From: Chiloscyllium plagiosum
Lineage: Eukaryota
Length of the DNA stretch: 64,000 bases
NCBI RefSeq assembly: GCF_004010195.1
Contig: NC_057718.1
Coordinates: 79,489,721-79,553,720, forward strand
Direction: 5' to 3'
Shown here: piece after piece, positions 55,521-64,000 of the stretch
Position numbering within the stretch: position 1 is the stretch's first letter
Layout: each line of letters begins with the position of its first letter
The notes under the pieces: model-generated
What the model was told of the DNA's origin: nothing
Seen by the model: the letters and a program-made list of their open reading frames with translations, nothing else
The model's database searches: none
Made by a program: the position numbers and the translations under genes

Positions 55521-55675
55521 AGGTTTTTCGCTTATCTCTTAGACTGTCAGGATGTTTTAAAATAGGAAGGAAAGTAGCAGGCAGAATGTCAGAAAGAAAA
55601 CTTTGGATGGCCACATAGCTCAGAAATATTTCCAAGCAGATTCTCCTTTTTGCAAGGATGACAGTTTATATTCCT

Positions 55676-56550
55676 CCATAGAGTCATAGAGTCATAGAGA
55701 TGTACAGCATGGAAACAGACCCTTCGGTCCAACCCGTCCACGCTGACCAGATATCCCAACCCAATCTAGTCCCACCTGCCAGCACCCGGCCCATATCCCT
55801 CCAAACCTTTCTTATTCATATACCCATCCAAATGCCTCTTAAATGTTGCAATTGTACCAGCCTCCACCACTTCCTCTGGCAGATCATTCCATATACGTAC
55901 CACCCTCTGTGTGAAAACCTTGCCCCGTGGGTCTCTTCAATATCTTTCCTCTCTCACCCTAAACCTATGCCCTCTACTTCTGGACTCCCCAACCCCAGAG
56001 AAAAGACTTTGCCTATTTACCCTACCATGTCCCTCTTAATTTTGTAAACCTCTATAAGGCCTCCGACGCTCCAGGGAAAACAGTCCCAGCCTGTTCAGCC
56101 TCTCCCTATAGCTCAAATCCTCCAACCCTGGCAACATCCTTGTAAATCTTTTCTGAACCCTTTCAAGTNNNNNNNNNNNNNNNNNNNNNNNNNCAACACT
56201 CCCTAGGACCTTACCATTAAGTGTATAAGTCCTGCTAAGATTTGCTTTCCCAAAATGCAGCACCTCGCATTTATCTGAATTACACTCCATCTGCCACTTC
56301 TCAGCCAATTGGCCCATCTGGTCAGGATCCTGTTGTAATCTGAGGTAACCCTCTTTGCTGTCCAATACACCTCCAATTTTGGTGTCATCTACAAACTTAC
56401 TAACTGTACCTCTGATGCTCGCATCCAAATAATTTATGTAAGTGACAAACGTAGTGGACCCAGCACCAATCCTTGTGGCACTCCACTGGTCACAGGCCTC
56501 CAGTCTGAAAAACAACCCTCCACCACCACCCTCTGTCTTCTATCTTTGAG
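55676..56550 (-). mobile_element. CR1 LINE 3' fragment containing a 25-N gap (56169-56193)
   Basis: SKFVDDTKIGG, LERVQKRFTRMLPG; (ctctatga)n tail. Confidence 0.9.
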
Positions 56551-56999
56551 CTACCCCATGTATTGGCCCAAGTGACGGAGCCTATACAGAGATTGCAGAG
56601 GAGGTCAGCAACCCAGGGACACCTCCAGAAACTGACTGCAATACTTCAAGGGAATCAATGACCTCATTCCATCCATCAGAGTGAACAATCCATTTCATGT
56701 TTTCCCTTTGCACCTTGCATGTTTAAATGCAAGAGGATGACTTTGGTGGAAAGGGAGTGACTACTTAGTTAAGGGGCTTCACTAGACCTCAGTGACAGAC
56801 ACCAGTGTTTGATGACTCCAGCAAGGGCCCTTGAGAACAATCTCACACAGGAGACATTTGTATGCCCCTCTCATGGACTGCTGGACTACACTGGTATGTG
56901 CATTGTACTTGTCTGCGTAGGGTGGTTAACAGTGTTCACCTTTCTGAAAGGAGAAAATAGCTCATAAAAGGAATGGACCAAGACCAACAGAGAGATTCG

Positions 57000-57100
57000 G
57001 ACAAAAATAGAAATTGCTGGAAAAGCTCAGCAGGTCTGGCAGCATCTGTGGAGAGAAATCAGAGTTAATGTTTTGGGTCGAGTGACCATTCCTCAGAATT
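57000..57100 (-). mobile_element. PLE terminal fragment
   Basis: Reverse complement of 24948-25050. Confidence 0.7.
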
Positions 57101-57399
57101 TATCCCAACCCTCCTCATCCCTGTGAAGAATGTGTGCCCTGGCAAACCCTTTCATATTCTTAAAGGCCTTCATGAGACCATTCCTCAGTCTTGTGCCTAC
57201 ATTGCTGAACTCCATCTGAAATGGAGTGGCCACCATCCTGCCCTATTAGCAGGGCCATTTCCATGATTTTGGCACCAAACTTTGTCCTCTGAAATAAACT
57301 GTCTCTCTCAGTTTGAGGAGTCTTATGTCTGGCACTGGCACTCTGGTGCCATTTGAGTCCCTCTATTTAGGATATGTCCTGAGTGAGGTTATACAGTTG

Positions 57400-58328
57400 G
57401 CTTTACTCAAGTGATGTCCCCCAAGCTCAGTTGGCCTGGTGAGGGTATCCATTTTCATAAGCATACCCGAGAGCTCATATCTCAATTTGCTGCATTTTCT
57501 AATGATAGTGCCTGTAGTGCCTGTTTGAAGTCCAGTTGGGCTTCAGCTAGTAGGCACTTTTGCATAGTTATATCATTAATCCGACACACCGAACGGTCTC
57601 TCAGCATCTTATTGAGGTTTAAACCAAAGCCACATTACTCTGCCAATTGTCTTAACTTCGACAAAATTCCCAACATGGATTCTTGAACTGCCAAGTAAAA
57701 CTGATAGCATCTCAGAAGTAGAGGAGGCTTGGGGTCATAATATTCTTTAACTAAATCTGTCCACTCTTGACAGGGTTTAGCATCTGGTGCCTCAGGAAAT
57801 ATGAGGCTCCTTATAACCAAAAAAGCTCTGGCTCCACAAGGCATCAGGAGAATTACTCATTGCTTTTCATCTGCCCCGATGTTTTTTGCCCAGAAAAAGT
57901 AACACATTCTTTCCACATACTGGGCCCAGTCTTTGATGGCAGGATTGAACAAGTCATGATGCCAAAAATGCTTACTCCAACTCAAAGACAATTGTTGCGA
58001 GTGAAATTCTTCAAGAAATTGTTTTTCTTCCATTGCCACTAAATAACTCCACAGAGGCTGATATCCCGTCACCAAGTCACCCTTTATTTACACATGCATA
58101 ATACTTGACACTGGTCTGACTTCCTCAAAGCCAGCTCTCACAGAACCTTTGACATTTCTGTTTTTCTCCTTTTTTCTCTCTTTTCCCACACTACTGCCTA
58201 ACTGCGGCAGTGCTGACACTTCTGTTTACACCTGTCAGCCATGGTTACCTGATTAGATCAGGTTAACAGCCCAATCAGGAAATATATTCTATGAAATTCA
58301 CCTGGCTGACCTTGTTACAATCACTACA
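57400..58328 (-). mobile_element. Gypsy-type LTR retrotransposon remnant: LTR (about 58040-58328) and gag fragment
   Basis: FNPAIKDWAQYVERMCYFF, LVKEYYDPKP, LRQLAE gag-like motifs; LTR starts TGT, contains AATAAA and is followed by a degenerate TGGC primer-binding site. Confidence 0.75.
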
Positions 58329-59118
58329 GTTTCTTCTAGAAACAAACCTTACAAAGGCAGCATCTCCATGCGTGTGTCTCTCGTCAGCCAGGAGGCTGGA
58401 ACCTATAATCACAAATCTATAATCCTCTGGAGATATTGCCATGGTGATCATAGCTTCATAGAAAGTGTACATAAAAATGTATGTTCGTTTTTGTCTCAAG
58501 GTGCTTCATAAGAGCACTATCAGATTACATGTTACACTGAGCCACATAAGACAGTATTAGGAAAGATGACCAAATTTTATGGTCACTATTGCACTAACTC
58601 AAGCCACTTTACCCTCTGCTAGATTTTAACCTACACTTTATTAAATCTTTCAAGACTATCAGTTGTAAATCGCCCAGGGATTAGATGACAACATGTCCAG
58701 GAACACAAATGTTCCATTTATCTCAAACTCTGAGTGGAGTTACTTTCATTTTGCTTTCGAAAGTGCTAAATATTTAGCACTGTTGTGGTAAATTAGGATC
58801 ATTTAAATCAATAAATTAAAACAGAATACTGATCTCTAATCATTCATCTAGTTTGTTATACATTTTCATTATCCACCTGTGACAAGATTGATTTCAACTA
58901 TTCTTGGGACCCTTATGAAGCTGGCTACAAAGCTGAAAAGTGTTGACAGACAGCAAATGTACTAATGAATAATCTGTCATGACTGGTGTTTTCTCCACTT
59001 TAAGACACTGGAATTTAAAAAGCAAACAAAAGTTCCTTGGAGACAGAATAGAAATGGTCTCATTAGAGGCTTGCATTAGAGGGTCGCAGGTGAGGAGCAG
59101 CTATAACAATACACTCAC

Positions 59119-59180
59119 CTCGTCACTCCCAAGAATTCTGAAGTGATGCACTTCCTTAATCAGTGAGTCTGGGCAGCCAG
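59119..59180 (-). CDS. PRKN: Parkin RBR E3 ubiquitin ligase exon, equivalent to human exon 8 (end of RING1)
   Basis: Minus strand reads (A)[20 protein letters not shown], matching parkin [21 protein letters not shown]. 62 nt, acceptor ttttcttttttattgcttaatag, donor gtgagt. Missing from the ORF track. Confidence 0.95.
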
Positions 59181-59435
59181 CTATTAAGCAATAAAAAAGA
59201 AAATAAGATTACAAAGTGTAATGTTTTTATTGTTCACAATAAGAGCTAATTAATCAAGAAAGGAAATTGCTCTCTTCCTTGTAAATTGTCCGATGCTTTG
59301 CCACATGTGGTCATCATGTAGCAAAGCACTGTACAATTTATACAATTTGTAGCAAAGCATTGTACAATTTACAATTCTAGGTATTACTGAACTTGTCGAC
59401 TAATGCAATCTAATTGTTTACTTTATCACTCATAT

Positions 59436-59646
59436 GTGTTGCTGGAAAAACGCAGCAGGTCAGGCAGCATCCAAGGAGCAGGAAAATCGACGTTTCGGAC
59501 ATGAGCCCTTCTTCAGGAATTCCTGAAGAAGGGCTCATGCCCGAAACATCGATTCTCCTGCTCCTTGGATGCTGCCTGAGCTGCTGTGCTTTTCCAGCAA
59601 CACATTTTCAGCTCTGATCTCCAGCATCTGCAGACCTCACTTTCTC
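59436..59646. mobile_element. Spacerless palindromic hammerhead-bearing PLE terminal insertion
   Basis: 86-nt arms centred on ggaattcc (59516-59523); 15-bp TSD ctttatcactcatat at 59421-59435 and 59647-59661. Confidence 0.9.
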
Positions 59647-60145
59647 CTTTATCACTCATATTGCAATCTGACCATTTTACACACAGCACAGGTAACTTGT
59701 GATTTTTTTTCACGTTACTTCTAGGTTTTCAGTATTTAATATCCTTTACTTTCAAATATTACGTATTTCAGATTAATTAATTGCACAACGAGCATGCATT
59801 CCTCAGGACAGTGTTGTAGGCCCATCATTGTGTCAACAATAGTCTTCTGTCTATCACAAGGCAGTTTACTGATGATCACTTGACAGATAGGTAGCATAAG
59901 TGACACTTCATTGTAAATATGTTCTCATATTTGCAAATATACACCTTTATGATAATGCAACCTGGCTTAATGCCAAGACAACAAGGTAAGTTGTTTCTTT
60001 AAATCTTTCAAATGCATGGATTTTGTTTCTTGATTCTAAATGTGTCAATAGTCTTCAATGCTGTTCTCAGAATCACTGAGTCGCAGAATTGTTACAGCAC
60101 AGAAAGAGGCCATTTGACCATTGTGCTGTATTGGCTCTTTCAACA

Positions 60146-60226
60146 CATTCTTGATGAAGGGCTTATGCCTGAAACGTTGACTCTCCTACTCCTCTGATGC
60201 TGCCTTTCCAGCGCCACACTTTTTGA
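60146..60226 (+). mobile_element. 81-bp hammerhead-bearing PLE terminal insertion
   Basis: TSD ctctttcaaca at 60135-60145 and 60227-60237; ttgatga-a-gggc-ttat-gcct-gaaa-cg-tt. Confidence 0.8.
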
Positions 60227-60769
60227 CTCTTTCAACAAGCATCATCACCTTGTGCAAATCTCCTGCTTTCTCCCCACAACCTTGCACAGACATTTTTCTA
60301 AGCAACCTGGTCAGAGATCTTACTGCATGCATCTAGAGCAGGTGGGACTTAAAGAAGGCCTCCTGGCCCAGAGATAGAAAAATTACCACTGTGCCACAAA
60401 AGCCTTGCATACTATTTCTATCCAAATAATCATCCAACGCCATTTTGAACCCTCAATTGAACCACACTACAGGCAGTGCATTCTCTATCCTGATTACTTG
60501 CTATGTAAACAAGTTGCTTTTCTCACATCACCCTTGCTTCTTTTGCACATCACTTTAAAGATTACTTCATTTCTCTAAATAGCGCGTCTCTATCATTGAA
60601 GAATTAGCTCCAATTAGCTTTTCAAAGTTGCAGCCAATCCATGGGAATTTGAACTCAGCTGCTTTGCTCTTCTACAGTTCGTGTCCAATAATTAATATAT
60701 CTGACTGTAAGTCTGGTCAACGTGGATGATTTGGACCAAAGGGTCTCTTCTGTGCTGTATGATTCAATC

Positions 60770-61285
60770 TGTCTGGCTCAGTGGTGATGTCCTTCTCTCT
60801 GACCCAGAGTATCATCAATTTAAGACTGGCTTTGGTGCAGCTCTGAACAGCATTGAGGGGAAAAAATTGTTGCAGCAGTGCTGACAGCTGCTTATGCTGC
60901 TGGCAAATTTACATAGACCACGTACTGACATTTACATTGTCTATGCAGTGTCATTTTGAAGTGAATCAACGCAAACAACTGTTACTTCCATTGTTTTTCA
61001 TTTTTGATGGAGAACTAAATCCCTATTCATCCACTATGGTGTACATAAAAGGCCCCATGATATTCTTTAATGAGTAACAGGAAAGTTCTATCATTGTGCA
61101 TGCCAATCTTTATCCATTAACCACACCAGCACAAAACATGACGGGATTATCTAGACAGTTATTTCAATGCTTCATTTATCCTTTGTCTGCAAGACAGCAA
61201 ATACCCCACTTCAAAATTAGATCATTGCCTTCAAAACACTTCAGGACATCCTCAGCATGTGAAAACCACTAAATAAATACTTTTT
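60770..61285 (+). mobile_element. Old Deu-domain SINE
   Basis: ggctcagtgg head, cataaaaggccccatg, gccaatctttatcc, cttcaggacatcctcag tail. Confidence 0.5.
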
Positions 61286-61539
61286 CTTCAGAAGGAAGCA
61301 GGCAGCATGTCCATGTGAAAAATCTGATCTAGGTAATACCCAAAGCAATTTATATATTACTTTATATTTCTATCCCTATATCAGTAAGAAATGATTGAAG
61401 GAATACTGAGGGATAAAATAATTTCAAATTCTTCAACAAATATTCTTGCCTGTTTCTAATCTAGGTCGCTTCCTTTTTCTTACGGTTTATGCTAGCTCCT
61501 TTTCCATATCCCAGTGAGAAGATACTGTACATGAATTTA

Positions 61540-62090
61540 GTGAATTATTTGGCCCTTTCACCCTGTCTGCTATTTGATAACAGCATGGCTGATCTGATTG
61601 TGGCCTCTACTTTCCTGTCTACATTCTATTTACCTTGAATTCCTTGTTGATCAATAATCTATCTAATGTAGTCTTAAAAATATTCAAAGACCCTGACTCC
61701 ACTGCTCTCTAGGGAGAAGATTCCACAGATCAGTGACCCTCTAAGAGGTAAAATAAAACCTCTACTCATTCCATCTTAAAGGGGAGACTGGTTATTTTAA
61801 CTGCATTCCCTGGTTCTAGTCTCTCCAAGGAACCAGATGCATAATCCTTCTTTCCAGTGCTTCTAATGCTTTCTTAAATAAGAAGGTGACAACTGTACGC
61901 AGTACTCCAGATGTGGCCTCACTAATGCTGCATAAGCTGTAGCAAAACATTCCTATTTTATTCACCTTGCAATAAACAGCATTTCATCTGCCTTCTTTTT
62001 TACTTCATACACCGTACATTATGTTTTTGTGATTCATGAACCAAAAAGTCCAGATTTGTCTGTACTTCAGAATTCTGCAATATCTTCTCT
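61540..62090 (-). mobile_element. Old CR1 3' fragment
   Basis: Similar to the CR1 tail at 12020-12300. Confidence 0.6.
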
Positions 62091-62234
62091 AGAGCATGAC
62101 TTCTTATTTCATGTATCATGTGACAACATCCTCCATTTTTCTAACCAAAATTTTGCTCTTAAAAAATTAAACTGACTTAAAATAAAATTGCACGTGAAGG
62201 TATTTTAGCACAGAGGAATGAATTTACAGGTGTG

Positions 62235-62507
62235 AGATTAGATTTCCTACAGTGTGGAAACAGGCCCTTCGGCCCAGCAAGTCTACACCAACCCTCTAAA
62301 GAGTAACCCACCCAGTCCCATTTTCCTAATGCACCTAACGCTATGGGCAATTTAGCATGGCCAATTCACCTGACCTGCACATCTTTGGACTGTGGGAGGA
62401 AACTGGAGCACCCGGAGGAAACCCATGCAGACATGGGAAGAATGTGCAAACTCCACACAGACAGTCACCCGAGGCCAGAATCGAACCTGGGACCCTGGTG
62501 CTGTGAG
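62235..62507 (-). mobile_element. HE1-like SINE, 5'-clipped
   Basis: Reverse complement of SINE core and tail. Confidence 0.88.
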
Positions 62508-63579
62508 CATATAAATTCAAGAGAGGTTATATACCCAGAAAGAATATTTCTCCTTTTGGAAGAACAAATTAGTGTTTAAAAATAAGATGTTTCCATTGAT
62601 CATGAGATGAGGATAGTATTTTTTCTCTCAGAAGTCATGAGTAGAACTCTCTAAGAGAATGGTGGATACAGGGTAACTGAACACTTTTAAGGCAGAGGAA
62701 GATAAATTGTTAACTCTTAATGGAGTCAAACATTATCAGTGAAGGGCGAGAATGTAGAGTTGAGGCCACTTTGAAATCATGATTTTATTGAATGGCACAG
62801 AAGGCTCAAGGAGTCAAATGGCTGACTCCTGATCCTCACTCATGTCTTTATACACACTTTTAAATGGGTATATCTTAAAATATTCTCAATCATAATTCAC
62901 CTCAAAAGGATATGTTGAATTGGCTTAATCACTTGTCAGAAGACCATCAAGAGATTTTCTCAAGGGCTACTTCTTAATTTTCAGGAACTCATCTGAAATT
63001 GTGGATAACAGTAGTAGCTGGTGGGTAAGAATAGAGGTTCAGGCAGCAGGGTTGCCACCAGTCACGACAGAAGGAATACTTCCAACAGATAGGAAAGTCA
63101 CAGGAAAAAGACTCTGAGAGGTAATGAAGATTAAGTTGGGTCAGGAAAGGTGTAAACTTTCTTTTTTGTTTCCCATGGCCTGACAAGAAAAATGAAATTT
63201 ATCTGGAGTGGTCTTGTCTGGTTTCCAATTCTGTTTCCATTATCCTTATGCATTTGGAAAGCTGCAGCAGTCACTCTACTCAGACCAGGATTTAAATTGC
63301 AGTCAGGACGATTATATTGTTGCTCTCCGATCTGTACATTTAAAGGAGGAAAGTCTTGGTTTTTGGTCAGTGCCATTATGGCCTTTTATGAACAGATCAA
63401 AATCTGGATTAGCATGAAACAAGCAGGAATTTATTGGGGTAAAGCACTCAGGATGATTTAACTATCTACCCATCTCTCCACCATGGGCAGTTAACATCAA
63501 AATCAGTTCCATAGAAAATTCTTAATAAATCAAAAACATTGCTTACTAACTTACATTAGCACTTGGGAATTTAATGCTT

Positions 63580-63907
63580 ACGGTGTGGCATAGTGGCTAG
63601 CACTGCTGCCTCACAGTGCCAGGGACCTGGGTTCAATTCCAGCCTCTGGGGACTCTCTGTGTGGAATTTGTGCAATCTCCCTGTATCTGCATGAGTTTAC
63701 TTTGGGTCCTCTGCTTTCCTCCCATATTCCAAAAATGTGCAGCTTAGGTGAATTGGCATGCTAAATTGCCCATAGTGTACAGGTTAGGTGCATTAGTCAG
63801 GGGTAAATGCAGGATAATGGGGTGGGTTACTCTTTGGAGGGTTGGTGTGAACCTGTTAGGCCAAAGGGCCCATTTCCACACTGTAGGGATTCTATGATCT
63901 TCTATGA
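63580..63907 (+). mobile_element. HE1-like SINE
   Basis: A and B boxes, core, gattctatga tail. Confidence 0.88.
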
Positions 63908-64000
63908 AATACTGAACAACCAGATACTCATCATTCATTGCATTCACTTTTTATGGGAAGTTACTGTAGGCAAATTAACTGATTCATTTGCTTATATAAT

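Larger units (their letters stand above)
29076..59118 (-). other. PRKN: PRKN intron (30,043 nt, GT-AG) between the exon 8 and exon 9 equivalents
   Basis: Bounded by canonical splice sites of two consecutive in-frame parkin exons. Confidence 0.9.

Overview
Eukaryotic genomic DNA, most likely an elasmobranch (shark), judged from HE1-like tRNA/V-SINEs sharing 3' tails with CR1 LINEs. The window lies inside the parkin gene (PRKN/PARK2) on the minus strand. It contains two coding exons, 59119-59180 (62 nt, end of RING1) and 28926-29075 (150 nt, IBR), separated by a 30,043 nt intron. Most of the rest is intronic, nested mobile DNA: CR1 LINE fragments, SINEs, Penelope-like elements (PLEs), a Gypsy remnant and DNA-transposon remnants. 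Nearly all ORF-track entries are TE fragments or noise. The most notable signal is a set of minimal type I hammerhead ribozyme motifs (CUGANGA-N-stemII-GAAA-CG/GC-UH) in about five PLE terminal-repeat families, with base-pair covariation between families. They often sit in 80-540 bp insertions flanked by 9-17 bp target-site duplications (TSDs), often folded back as inverted repeats. One such fold-back lies just upstream of each parkin exon's splice acceptor. All calls were made by eye; repeat boundaries are approximate.
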